DNA of 32,000 nucleotides, from assembly GCF_001306055.1 (NCBI RefSeq), contig NZ_LGHJ01000019.1, forward strand, positions 180,001 to 212,000, written 5' to 3'. The number at the start of each line of letters is the position of its first letter. Position 1 is the first letter of the stretch. The DNA is from Bellilinea caldifistulae (GTDB lineage: Bacteria > Chloroflexota > Anaerolineae > Anaerolineales > Anaerolineaceae). Position numbers and translations under genes: made by a program. This document shows positions 17,574 to 26,507 of this stretch, piece by piece. The notes below the pieces were generated by a model that was given only the letters and a program-made list of their open reading frames with translations, searched no databases and had not been told where the DNA came from.

Positions 17574-18250
17574 TCGCTGGAGCGTTTAGGGATTTTTGGA
17601 AGCAGCCAGTTGAGGAAAGCCCCTTCGCTGCGGGTCTGAAGCAGAACTCGCCCCGGGCCGGTCAGGTCAACCACCAGACCCTCACCACCCAGCACGGTGG
17701 TTTTCAGCCCGCCAATTGCCCGCACCTTAAAACCCATTTTCTCACTAAAAGCCACCAGATGCCCGGTATCTACGGTATAGGTTTCACCGGCGGACAGTGA
17801 TAATTCGTGAATCGCCCCATAGCTGGAAAGGATCAAAGTTCCCGTTCCACTGCACCGCAGCATAATCAATCCTTCGCCGCCGAAGAAGGTACGCGCTCCT
17901 GACCATTTGGTGTCGGTCACCACTCCTTCCGCCGAAGCAAGGAAGGAACCAGATTGGACAAGGTAGGTTTCCCCGCTTAATTCGGTTGTAAAAACATCTC
18001 CGGGTAATGTGGGAGCGAGCAAAAGCTCACCGCCACGAGCCGAAGCCCGATAGGTGTTGACAAAGAACGACTCCCCTCCCAACACCGATCGCGCCAGGGA
18101 TTGCAGCAGTCCGCCGCGCATTTTCGTTTCGACTTGAAGGTCGGTGGACATGCCAACCATTGCGCCGCTTTCGGCGATAATTCCTTCATTCGGATCAAGC
18201 AACACCTTCGCGATCGAATAAGAAGGGCGGAATAGGATTTCTACTTTCAT
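17570..18250 (-). CDS. AIM24 / TIGR00266 (DUF124) family protein
   Basis: MKVEILFRPSYSIAKV...ESGAMVGMS...GGEGLIMLRCSGTG...VLLQTRS is typical of the family. ATG at 18250 with AGGAGG upstream. The ORF-track start at 18457 lies in AT-rich intergenic DNA. Confidence 0.75.
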   Translation of the reverse strand: MKVEILFRPSYSIAKVLLDPNEGIIAESGAMVGMSTDLQVETKMRGGLLQSLARSVLGGESFFVNTYRASARGGELLLAPTLPGDVFTTELSGETYLVQSGSFLASAEGVVTDTKWSGARTFFGGEGLIMLRCSGTGTLILSSYGAIHELSLSAGETYTVDTGHLVAFSEKMGFKVRAIGGLKTTVLGGEGLVVDLTGPGRVLLQTRSEGAFLNWLLPKIPKRSSD

Positions 18251-18379
18251 GGAATCAACCTCCTGATTGTTAAAATGTGAGTATACTGTATCAGATTTTT
18301 GAAGTTTTATGCTGATTGCGACTATTAAAGTGTGGTTAAATTTGTACCTACCCAAAAAATCTTTTTTGTAGTAAACTAC

Positions 18380-18476
18380 ATCGGCTTGCAACGCAGCACA
18401 ACACGGTTGCTTTCCGCTCTTTGACCGGCTCACGGCAGGGACAAAGGGCAATCCCAAGGAAAGGAGGAATCCCTAC
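18380..18476 (+). promoter_or_regulatory. rpsF 5' leader with small hairpins; candidate S6:S18 autoregulatory leader
   Basis: GCAAC 18388-18392/GTTGC 18406-18410. AGGGA 18437-18441 can pair with TCCCT 18470-18474, bracketing the SD GGAGG 18463-18467. The AT-rich promoter region 18270-18375 lies upstream. Confidence 0.3.
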
Positions 18477-18761
18477 ATGCGCAGCTACGAGTTGGTTTTC
18501 ATCCTCCAACCGGAACTGGACGATACAGCCGTTGAAGGACTGGTCGAAAAAGTAAAAGGTTGGATCACGGAAGCCGGTGGGACTGTCAGCAAAATTGATC
18601 GCTGGGGAAAACGGCGTTTGGCATATCCGATCAATAAACGCCGCGAAGGCCAGTACATTTTGTTCGACATGAACATGCCACCCGCCTTCAGCAATGAACT
18701 GGAACGCAATTTGCGCTTTCAGGAACAGGTAATGCGCTTCTTAATCGTCAACCGCGATTGA
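18477..18761 (+). CDS. rpsF: 30S ribosomal protein S6
   Basis: MRSYELVFILQP...WGKRRLAYPI. Canonical rpsF-ssb-rpsR order. Confidence 0.9.
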   Translation: MRSYELVFILQPELDDTAVEGLVEKVKGWITEAGGTVSKIDRWGKRRLAYPINKRREGQYILFDMNMPPAFSNELERNLRFQEQVMRFLIVNRD

Positions 18762-18789
18762 GAAACCAATTTTTTTGAGGGAGAATATC

Positions 18790-19203
18790 ATGAGCCGCGG
18801 TCTTAACAAAGTCATGATCATCGGCCATTTGGGACGCGATCCGGAAATGCGTTACACCCCTTCCGGACGACCGGTTACCACTTTCAGCGTGGCTACCAGC
18901 CGCACATGGAACACCGCAGACGGTGAACGCCATACGGAAACCGAATGGTTTAATGTGGTGACCTGGGGCAATCTGGCAGAAATTTGTAAACAATACCTGA
19001 CCAAAGGACAGCAAGTCTATGTCGAAGGTCGGCTTCAAACCCGCCGTTGGGAAGATTCTGAAGGGGTTAAGCATACTTCCGTCGAAATTGTCGCCAGTGA
19101 AATGATGATACTCGGTGACCGCCGTGATAATGCCCAAAATCAAACCTCCCCCTCTCTTGAAGAAGGTGAGGAAGAAGAAATTGAAGACGAATATCCGTTC
19201 TAG
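18790..19203 (+). CDS. ssb: Single-stranded DNA-binding protein
   Basis: LNKVMIIGHLGRDPEMRYTPSG OB fold and an acidic C-terminal tip DEYPF. ATG at 18790 with GAGGGAG upstream. The ORF-track start at 18775 is a TTG. Confidence 0.9.
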   Translation: MSRGLNKVMIIGHLGRDPEMRYTPSGRPVTTFSVATSRTWNTADGERHTETEWFNVVTWGNLAEICKQYLTKGQQVYVEGRLQTRRWEDSEGVKHTSVEIVASEMMILGDRRDNAQNQTSPSLEEGEEEEIEDEYPF

Positions 19204-19215
19204 GAGTAAGATAGT

Positions 19216-19500
19216 ATGACCGACCAAATTCCAGGCGAGAACGAACAGGTTACCGGTCCACGGCGATTCGTCGCCCGACCTAAGATTTGTCAGTTCTGCG
19301 CTGATAAAGACCTGGCCATTGATTACAAAAATGTGGATCTCTTGCGCCGGTACATTACCGAAGAAGGTAAAATCCGGCCGCGTCGCCAGACCGGTACTTG
19401 CGCACGACATCAACGGGTTTTGGCGCGCGAAATCAAACGTGCCCGCCACATTGCCCTGCTCCCCTTTGTTGCCGAAGACTGGAGTGAGGCAATCCGCTAA
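19216..19500 (+). CDS. rpsR: 30S ribosomal protein S18
   Basis: CQFCADK...[38 protein letters not shown] lies upstream. Confidence 0.9.
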   Translation: MTDQIPGENEQVTGPRRFVARPKICQFCADKDLAIDYKNVDLLRRYITEEGKIRPRRQTGTCARHQRVLAREIKRARHIALLPFVAEDWSEAIR

Positions 19501-19525
19501 TTCTTTTTCCTGTGGCAAACGTTCA

Positions 19526-19567
19526 GGGCATGGGCAAAAACACGCCCAATGCCCTTTTCTATTTTTT
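19526..19567 (+). terminator. Rho-independent terminator after rpsR
   Basis: GGGCATGGGC (19526-19535) pairs with GCCCAATGCCC (19544-19554) with a 1-nt bulge, followed by TTTTCTATTTTTT. Confidence 0.7.
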
Positions 19568-19587
19568 GATTTGGAAAGGCTTTTCAG

Positions 19588-20892
19588 ATGGCAAAGACAT
19601 CCCGACCTGCTGTAGTTTCCCGCAAACAACAAAGCCGGGTTGAAAAAGAACGGCAGCAACGCCGCATCGTTTTGATGGTGACCATCACCATTGCCGTTGC
19701 GGTAGTCCTCATTTTGGGCTACGGGGTGGTAGACACACTCTACCTGCAAAACATGCGTCCCGTGGCTACAGTGGATGGTGAGAAAATTACGTTGGAGCAA
19801 TTTCAGAACCGCGCCCGTTTTGACCGTTTTCAGCTCATCCAGAACACCATTCAACTTGCCCAGTATCAGCAACTCTTTCAAGCCGACCCAAATTCTGCCA
19901 ATTACTTCACTTCCCAAATTCAATTGAACGTTTCTAAACTCAATGATCCAACTCAATTGGGCAATCAGGTTATTGATGAGTTGATCAATGAAGCCATCAT
20001 CCGGCGCGAGGCCCAAAAATTAGGTATCACGGTGACCGATGAGGAAGTGGAAAAAGCATTCCAGGAAGCCTTTGGATTTTTCCCGGACGGCACGCCGACC
20101 GCGATCCCAACCGCCACCCCCTTTAGCACCGCCACCTATTCACCTCAGCAGTTAACGCTGGCGCCCTATACGGCAACCCCCACCGAGGCTCCGACCCCCA
20201 CCCAATCCCCTGAAACGACCGAGACAGCGGTGGAAACTCCTCAGGCAACCGTCACACTCGGTCCGACCAGCACACCCTTCCCAACCCCCACCCCCATGAC
20301 CGAGGAAGGCTTCAAAAGCGGATTGGAAAATTATCTGGCGACCTTAAAAACCGAAGCACAAATTGATGAAAAGACCTTCCGAGAAATTGTGCGCTCATCA
20401 TTGCTCTACCAAAAGGTCTTCGATGAAATTACCAGAGATGTGCCGACCGAAGAGGACTGGGTATGGGCTCGCCATATCCTGGTCGCAACGCCTGAGGAAG
20501 CCGCCGTGGTGGCTGAATCACTCAAAAACGGTGCCGACTTCGCTCAGCTGGCCGCTCAATTTTCAACCGACACATCCACCAAGGAGCGTGGAGGAGATTT
20601 GGGATGGTTCGAACGAGGACAAATGGTCAGCGAGTTCGAAAATGCTGTGTTTTCCATGACGGAAATCGGACAAATTAGCGATCCGGTACAAAGTCAATTT
20701 GGCTATCACATCATCCAGCTGCTGGGGAAAGAACGCCGGCCGGTCAGCGAAAACCGTCTCAGCACCCTCAAACAGCAAAAATTCGACTCGTGGCTGGAGG
20801 AAACCAAAGCCAGTCTTAAGATCGAACGGAACGAGAATTGGATCGCCAAAGTACCAACCGTACCGACTCTCCCGCCCGGTCTGGGATTCTAA
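19588..20892 (+). CDS. Membrane-anchored parvulin-type peptidyl-prolyl isomerase (PrsA/SurA-like)
   Basis: N-terminal TM helix, a SurA-N-like region, a P/T-rich linker (about 20083-20298) and a PpiC domain (ARHILV...GGDLGWFERGQMVSEFE...FGYHIIQ). Confidence 0.8.
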   Translation: MAKTSRPAVVSRKQQSRVEKERQQRRIVLMVTITIAVAVVLILGYGVVDTLYLQNMRPVATVDGEKITLEQFQNRARFDRFQLIQNTIQLAQYQQLFQADPNSANYFTSQIQLNVSKLNDPTQLGNQVIDELINEAIIRREAQKLGITVTDEEVEKAFQEAFGFFPDGTPTAIPTATPFSTATYSPQQLTLAPYTATPTEAPTPTQSPETTETAVETPQATVTLGPTSTPFPTPTPMTEEGFKSGLENYLATLKTEAQIDEKTFREIVRSSLLYQKVFDEITRDVPTEEDWVWARHILVATPEEAAVVAESLKNGADFAQLAAQFSTDTSTKERGGDLGWFERGQMVSEFENAVFSMTEIGQISDPVQSQFGYHIIQLLGKERRPVSENRLSTLKQQKFDSWLEETKASLKIERNENWIAKVPTVPTLPPGLGF

Positions 20893-20910
20893 TCTCAACT
20901 TTTCATCCAT

Positions 20911-20943
20911 AAAAAAGACCGTGGTTATTCCCCGGTCTTTTTT
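20911..20943. terminator. Bidirectional Rho-independent terminator between the PPIase gene and smc
   Basis: AAAAAAGACCG (20911-20921) ... CGGTCTTTTTT (20933-20943). A-run and T-run flank a GC stem, so it is usable on both strands. It abuts the smc stop at 20945. Confidence 0.7.
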
Positions 20944-20944
20944 C

Positions 20945-23900
20945 TCAACGCACCATTTCTTCCCCCACCTCGTCCAAACGCAGAGAGATAACCTGACTGG
21001 CGGTATCTTTTCCCATGGTCACCCCATAAATTACATCCGCTACCTGAACCGTGTTGCGGTTATGCGTGATTACAATGAATTGGGTATTGTGACTCAACTC
21101 CTGCAGCAGTTCACAAAAGCGACCCACATTAGCTTCATCCAGCATGGCATCCACTTCATCCAGCACGCAAAAAGGCGTTGGGGATACTTTCAGAAGGGAA
21201 AAGATCAAGGCAACGGCCGTCAGGCTGCGTTCCCCGCCCGAAAGCAACGATAATCCCTGCTCGCGCCGGCCCGGCAAGCGCGCTTCAATATCAATGCCTC
21301 CCTCTGTGGGATTTTCTTCATTCTCCAGTACAAGCCGGGCTGTGCCACCCCCAAATAATCGAGCAAAATTTTCCTTGAATTCCGCCGCCACCGCATCGAA
21401 TGTCTTGCGGAATTCCGTCTTCATCAGCCCGTCCAGCTCAGCAATAATTTCCCGCAAGTCCTGATCGGCCTTCTTCAAGTCCGCAACCTGCTGAATGAGG
21501 AACTCATAACGCTCTTTAACCGACAGGTACTCCGCATGAGCATCCGGGTTGATCGCTCCGATCCGCCGCAACTGGCTGCGCTGGCGGTTGATATTTTCCT
21601 CCAAATCGGGCGGAATTTCTTTGACCGCCGGCAATTGCTCGACCATCCCCTCCAACGGCAACGGCGTTGGACCAGAAACTTCACTCTGGTACTCAAATGC
21701 CACCAGCCCAAAGTCTTCCTCAATGCGCTGTCGCAAACTTTCCAGATTTTCGCGCAACCGCCCAAATTCCAGTTGAGCCTGGGTGGTATGCCGTTCGGCA
21801 ACCGCCGTATTCTGCTGGGCGGCGCTCAATTCTTTTTGTAACTCCTCGTATTTATTTTCCAGTTCGTTCAGTTCTTCTTCGGCAGGTTGAATCCTGGACT
21901 GCACCTCATCAATGGCTTGATTCAACCGTGCTGCTTCGCCCTTGCACCGGTTCTTTTCCTCTTCTATCTCAGCCAAAAACCGGTCGAGTTGATTCAAGCG
22001 TTCCCGGTATGTGTGTTGTTGCTGCTCATTCCTTTCAAGTGTCTGCTGAAAGTCCTTCATCCGCCGCTGAGTGTCCTGCATGGCGCGTTCCATCACGCTT
22101 ACCTGCGTATTCCAGTGAACAACCTGGGCTTGAAGCTCGTCCAGTACAAGAGCGTTCAGCAATCGCTGCTTTTCTCGCACATTGGACTCCACCACTTGAG
22201 ATTCGCGTCTCAGGACATCCAATTGCCCCGTCAGTTCCTTTAATTCTTTTTGACTGCTCTGGATTTGTTGAGTGAGTTGTTCCACCTGACTCTGCTGCCA
22301 GTTCAATTTTTGACGGGATTGTTCTACCTGCATGGTAATTTTTTGCAATTGGCGCTGTTGCTGCTTTTCCTGCTCCCGCGCCTCTTCCAATTCCTTCTCG
22401 GTCGCCCGCCGCTGGTTTTCCAGCGCTTCGCGTTGTTTCTGGTTTTCGAGCAAGAATGCTTCTCCATCCGCCAGTTGTTTCTCCAAATTGCGGATTTCTG
22501 CGCTCAGCTCCCTCAATTGACGCGGGCGGGAGATGATTTCGGCGCGGGTTTCCTTACCGGCACGCACCTCACCACTGCCAAAAAAAACCTCGCCGCGCAA
22601 CGTCACAATGCGCAAATCAGGAGGCTGATTGGGGAAAAGTTTCCGGGCTGTTTTCCGGTCACGGACAACCCAAACCTTTCCCAACAATAGCCTGACCAGC
22701 TGATTCATCGCCGGAGGATACGAAACCAGCTCAGCGGCATTTCCAATGACGTTCTCCTCCTGCGGTGCGGGATAATGGCTCTCGCCTCTCAACCATTCCA
22801 GCGGAAATAACACAGCCCGTCCATTTTCGGCATTTTCCAAAACTTGAAAGACCTCTTCGGGTTCTACTCCCGATTCGACCGCCAGACCTTCCAAACGATC
22901 CCCTAACACAGCCGCTAACGCAGTCGTCAGTTCAGCAGGCACCTCAATCAGACGGCTTATCGGGTGAATTTCGCCCCCAATTTTGCGTTGTTCGGCTGCC
23001 ATCATAATCAGTTTGACACCCTGACCTAACCCGCTGAGTTTTTTTTCGGCCTGTTCCAGTACTTTACGCTCGGCTTGTTTACGGGCCAACTCGGCACGGA
23101 TTGCGTTGTTTTGTTCGTACAGTTGACTGCGGCTTTCCTCGAGCAGACGCTGTTTCTCTTGCAAATCCAATAGCCCAACTTCCACTTGCTGCCTTCTACC
23201 CACCAGATCATCCAGCGCTTTTTGAACCCCATGTAGCTCAATTTCTGACTGGTGAAGCGCATCTGCCAATTGCGGAATCTGCTGCGCCAGACGGTTTTCT
23301 TCACTTTCTAATCGTTCCAACCGATGAAACAACTCCCGCTGGCGTGCATTGATTTCAACCTGCTGCGTTTCCAGACGGGTTAATTTTCGACGCAAATCAC
23401 GAACCTCTCCTTCCACCTGATCCCGCTGGGCTTTCTTTGCAGCAAAAGCAGTTTGAGCCGCTTCCGCCTGCTGTCCGGCATCACGAAGCGCGGTTTGTTG
23501 AGCGTCAAGTTCTTCCTTTACTTCTTGCAATCGCCTGGAATGTTGCTGATGTTCTTCTTCCAAACGGGTTAAGTCGTGTTGAGTAGTCGTCTTTTGTTCG
23601 TTTAGGGAACGCTGACGTTCATCTAACACTGCCAGAGTGCGGTTGATTTCCTCCCGCTGCCGATGCACCACCGCCGATTGGGTGTGCCACTCATTCAACA
23701 CCTCTCTCAATCGTTGAACTTGAAGCCGAATTTCCTGCACCCATTTTTCCACCTGTTGGCTTTGCAGACGGGCTTGATGCAGCCGATTTTCCTGTACGGT
23801 CAGCACTTCACGGGCGTGGGTCAGCTCTCCCTGTAAGCGCTGCCATTGGTAACCGTACCATTCTCGCAGGAGCAGTCGCAAATCGGCTTTGATCCGCTCG

Positions 23901-24550
23901 TATTCGATCACCCGGGCAGCCTGTTTTTCCAGGCTCTTCAATCGTGGTTCTAGTTCGCTCAGAATATCCTGAACCCGTTCCAGATTGCGGCGGGTTTGTT
24001 CCAGGCGATTGAGCGCTTCTTCCCGCCTTGAGCGGTACAAACCGATACCGGCTGCCTCTTCAAAAAATTTTCGGCGTTCTTCTGGGCGTAGAGAAAGCGC
24101 AGCATCTACCAAACCCTGACCGATGATGGTATAAGTTCGTTCCGCCAGGCCCGATTGTGCCAGGATCTCGGAGATTTCTTTCAATCTCACCCGTTGACCA
24201 TTGAGCAGGTATTCATTTTGCCCATCCCGATAGGCACGCCGTGCGATGGAAACCTCCGCATAATCAATCGGCAGCCAGCCATCCTCATTTTCAAAGGTAA
24301 TCATTGCCGATGCCATGCTGGCGCGCGGGCGCAATTCCGAACCGGCAAAAATCATGTCCTCAGTCTTTCGGCCGCGCAGGAGGGTATACGATTGTTCACC
24401 CAGCACCCACCGGATGGCATCCGCAATATTGGATTTACCAGAGCCATTTGGCCCAACAATTGCGGTAATTCGGCCCGGGAATTCAAAAACTGTCCGGCTG
24501 GCAAAAGTTTTGTAACCTTGCAGTTCAAGGGTTTTTAATCGGCTGGTCAT
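20945..24550 (-). CDS. smc: Chromosome segregation protein SMC (condensin)
   Basis: 1201 aa. Walker A GPNGSGKSN, long coiled coils, hinge, signature LSGGERSL, Walker B FCVLDEVDAMLD. It lies directly downstream of rnc, as in the B. subtilis rnc-smc arrangement. Confidence 0.9.
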   Translation of the reverse strand: MTSRLKTLELQGYKTFASRTVFEFPGRITAIVGPNGSGKSNIADAIRWVLGEQSYTLLRGRKTEDMIFAGSELRPRASMASAMITFENEDGWLPIDYAEVSIARRAYRDGQNEYLLNGQRVRLKEISEILAQSGLAERTYTIIGQGLVDAALSLRPEERRKFFEEAAGIGLYRSRREEALNRLEQTRRNLERVQDILSELEPRLKSLEKQAARVIEYERIKADLRLLLREWYGYQWQRLQGELTHAREVLTVQENRLHQARLQSQQVEKWVQEIRLQVQRLREVLNEWHTQSAVVHRQREEINRTLAVLDERQRSLNEQKTTTQHDLTRLEEEHQQHSRRLQEVKEELDAQQTALRDAGQQAEAAQTAFAAKKAQRDQVEGEVRDLRRKLTRLETQQVEINARQRELFHRLERLESEENRLAQQIPQLADALHQSEIELHGVQKALDDLVGRRQQVEVGLLDLQEKQRLLEESRSQLYEQNNAIRAELARKQAERKVLEQAEKKLSGLGQGVKLIMMAAEQRKIGGEIHPISRLIEVPAELTTALAAVLGDRLEGLAVESGVEPEEVFQVLENAENGRAVLFPLEWLRGESHYPAPQEENVIGNAAELVSYPPAMNQLVRLLLGKVWVVRDRKTARKLFPNQPPDLRIVTLRGEVFFGSGEVRAGKETRAEIISRPRQLRELSAEIRNLEKQLADGEAFLLENQKQREALENQRRATEKELEEAREQEKQQQRQLQKITMQVEQSRQKLNWQQSQVEQLTQQIQSSQKELKELTGQLDVLRRESQVVESNVREKQRLLNALVLDELQAQVVHWNTQVSVMERAMQDTQRRMKDFQQTLERNEQQQHTYRERLNQLDRFLAEIEEEKNRCKGEAARLNQAIDEVQSRIQPAEEELNELENKYEELQKELSAAQQNTAVAERHTTQAQLEFGRLRENLESLRQRIEEDFGLVAFEYQSEVSGPTPLPLEGMVEQLPAVKEIPPDLEENINRQRSQLRRIGAINPDAHAEYLSVKERYEFLIQQVADLKKADQDLREIIAELDGLMKTEFRKTFDAVAAEFKENFARLFGGGTARLVLENEENPTEGGIDIEARLPGRREQGLSLLSGGERSLTAVALIFSLLKVSPTPFCVLDEVDAMLDEANVGRFCELLQELSHNTQFIVITHNRNTVQVADVIYGVTMGKDTASQVISLRLDEVGEEMVR

Positions 24551-24585
24551 GAAGGACTCAATCTTTTCTTCTTTCCGGCTGGGTT

Positions 24586-25305
24586 TTAGAACACCAGTCC
24601 CAATTTCTCAAGCGCCTTGCGGGCTGCGTTTTTGGCGGCTGCCTGTTTGCTGGGTCCAACACCTTCGGCATAAACTTCGCCGCCTATCACCACCGCCACC
24701 TCAAATAGTTTGGAATGGTCTGGCCCCTGTTCTGAGCGGGTGACGTACTGTGGAGCGTGAAAGCCCTGCGACTGAGCCCATTCCTGAAGGAGGCTTTTTG
24801 GGTCTTCGTTTTTTCGGTTGATCAGGATATCTTCCGCTGCTGTTTCCAGAAAAGGAAATAGAAATTGTTCCACTTTTTCAATACCACCATCCAGATAAAT
24901 AGCGCCGATTAAAGCCTCGAAGGTATCGCACAATAACGCCGAACGATCCCGCCCCCCAGCCTGCGACTCGCCTCTTCCCAAACGCATGGCATTCCCCAGT
25001 TTAATTTGGCGGGCAAAATCGGCCAGCTGCTCGGTATGTACCAGAGCCGAGCGCATACGGGTTAAATCACCTTCGGGCATTTCGGGGTAATGATGATAAA
25101 GCCATGCCCCTACCACAAAATCCAACACAGCATCCCCCAGGAATTCCAACCGCTCGTTATCTTCCAGCGCTTCTGGATGCTCGTTCAGGTAAGAACGGTG
25201 AGTTAAACATCGGTACAGCAGCAACGGATCATTGAATTCCAGCCCCAAACGGGCTGCCAGTTCCTCAGGCGATTCCTGCACAAAATGCAGATCACCATTT
25301 TCCAT
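24586..25305 (-). CDS. rnc: Ribonuclease III
   Basis: ERLEFLGDAVLDFVV signature and a C-terminal dsRBD (GPDHSKLFEVAVVIGG...GPSKQAAAKNAARKAL). The ATG at 25305 is preceded by GCGGAGGAATCT. The upstream ATG at 25362 is possible but lacks an SD. Confidence 0.85.
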   Translation of the reverse strand: MENGDLHFVQESPEELAARLGLEFNDPLLLYRCLTHRSYLNEHPEALEDNERLEFLGDAVLDFVVGAWLYHHYPEMPEGDLTRMRSALVHTEQLADFARQIKLGNAMRLGRGESQAGGRDRSALLCDTFEALIGAIYLDGGIEKVEQFLFPFLETAAEDILINRKNEDPKSLLQEWAQSQGFHAPQYVTRSEQGPDHSKLFEVAVVIGGEVYAEGVGPSKQAAAKNAARKALEKLGLVF

Positions 25306-25392
25306 AGATTCCTCCGCGGAACTCAAGGGGCGCAAGCCACCCAGCCGGATTATCCAATCCATTACCGCTCAAGTAGCTCGCGTTCCTTTAGT

Positions 25393-26505
25393 TCAATGAG
25401 TTTGATTTGAAGGATAATATTTTAACCCATTTCCGCTGATTACGGCAACTACTGGCTGGGGTATTTTCGATAAGCTTTTTTTTGCAGCCGCCCAAACCAG
25501 AGCGGAGGTGGGTTCTACATAATAGCCGCGCTTTCCCAATTCAATATAAGACTGGTAAATTTCTTCTTCTTCAATGGCTATAAAATCCCCTCCGCTGGCT
25601 TGAATTTCCTCAATCAAGACCTTACCCCTGACCGGCTGACGAACACGCACACCTTCCGCGAGGGTATCCCCTTCCCCTGTGGCATCCATTGCATCCAATC
25701 CGCTTTGAAAAGCCCGTACCACCGGGTCACAAGCAGCTGCCTGCACACCCACGTAGTAAGGTACTCGTTCAATCCATCCTGCCTTTTTCAAGGCAGAAAA
25801 TCCCCGTACAATCCCCAACAACAAGCCGCCATGCCCAACTGGTGCAATCAAACTGGCGGGTACACTTCTGCCCATCTGTTCCCAAATTTCATAAGCGATG
25901 GTGGCAATTCCCATCAGGCCAAACGGCAGGTAAGCATGGCTGGCGTAAGGCACGCCTTTTTCTGCTTCCCGTAAAACAGCCCGGGCAGCCTCCGAACGCG
26001 GGCCGGGCACAGGAATCAGCTGTGCGCCGTACCATTCAATTTGCCGTCGCTTCGGGCCAGAAGCGCTCTCTGGAACATAAATGCGGCACTTCAAACCGGC
26101 ACGGGCAGCGTACGCCGCAAATGATGCCCCGGCATTCCCGGAAGAATCCTCGACGGCTTCATTCACCCCTCGTCCCAGTAATTGACTGACCAGCACAGCG
26201 CTGCCGCGGTCTTTGTAGGACCCGCTCGGGTTGAGGCTTTCCATTTTGAGCCCCACCGGTTGATCCGCTATGACTTCCCACAATAATGGCGTGTTCCCTT
26301 CTCCAAGCGTCACCACCGGTGCGCCTTCGACCAGATCAAAAAAAGCCCGGTACCGCCAGTAACCCGGCAGGTGATGTTGGAGCTCATCGAGCGAAAAGTG
26401 AGGGACATCGTCATAATCATAAACTCCGCCGCACTCCGGGCAGCGAAACGGTACACCCTCATCCGGATATGGTTTGCCGCACACCACACATTGGATTCTT
26501 GCCAT
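25393..26505 (-). CDS. thrC: Threonine synthase-family PLP enzyme with an N-terminal Zn-ribbon
   Basis: CVVCGKPY...FRCPECGG ribbon and the PLP-lysine motif NPSGSYKDRGS. 370 aa. The start lies 2 nt after the moaD-moaE stop. Confidence 0.6.
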   Translation of the reverse strand: MARIQCVVCGKPYPDEGVPFRCPECGGVYDYDDVPHFSLDELQHHLPGYWRYRAFFDLVEGAPVVTLGEGNTPLLWEVIADQPVGLKMESLNPSGSYKDRGSAVLVSQLLGRGVNEAVEDSSGNAGASFAAYAARAGLKCRIYVPESASGPKRRQIEWYGAQLIPVPGPRSEAARAVLREAEKGVPYASHAYLPFGLMGIATIAYEIWEQMGRSVPASLIAPVGHGGLLLGIVRGFSALKKAGWIERVPYYVGVQAAACDPVVRAFQSGLDAMDATGEGDTLAEGVRVRQPVRGKVLIEEIQASGGDFIAIEEEEIYQSYIELGKRGYYVEPTSALVWAAAKKSLSKIPQPVVAVISGNGLKYYPSNQTH

Positions 26506-26507
26506 GT

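Noticed and set aside
18748-20016. A 422-aa ORF on the minus strand, one of the longest in the track
   Set aside because: It runs antisense across ssb, rpsR, an intergenic terminator and the start of the PPIase gene. All of these have unmistakable sense-strand identities. Its sequence is low-complexity and has no SD. It is an antisense artefact.
21144-23352. A cluster of plus-strand ORFs (up to 202 aa) inside the smc locus
   Set aside because: They lie antisense to, or out of frame with, the SMC coiled-coil region. Its biased E/Q/R/L codon usage suppresses stops in other frames. The translated products are Leu/Ser/Pro-rich nonsense.
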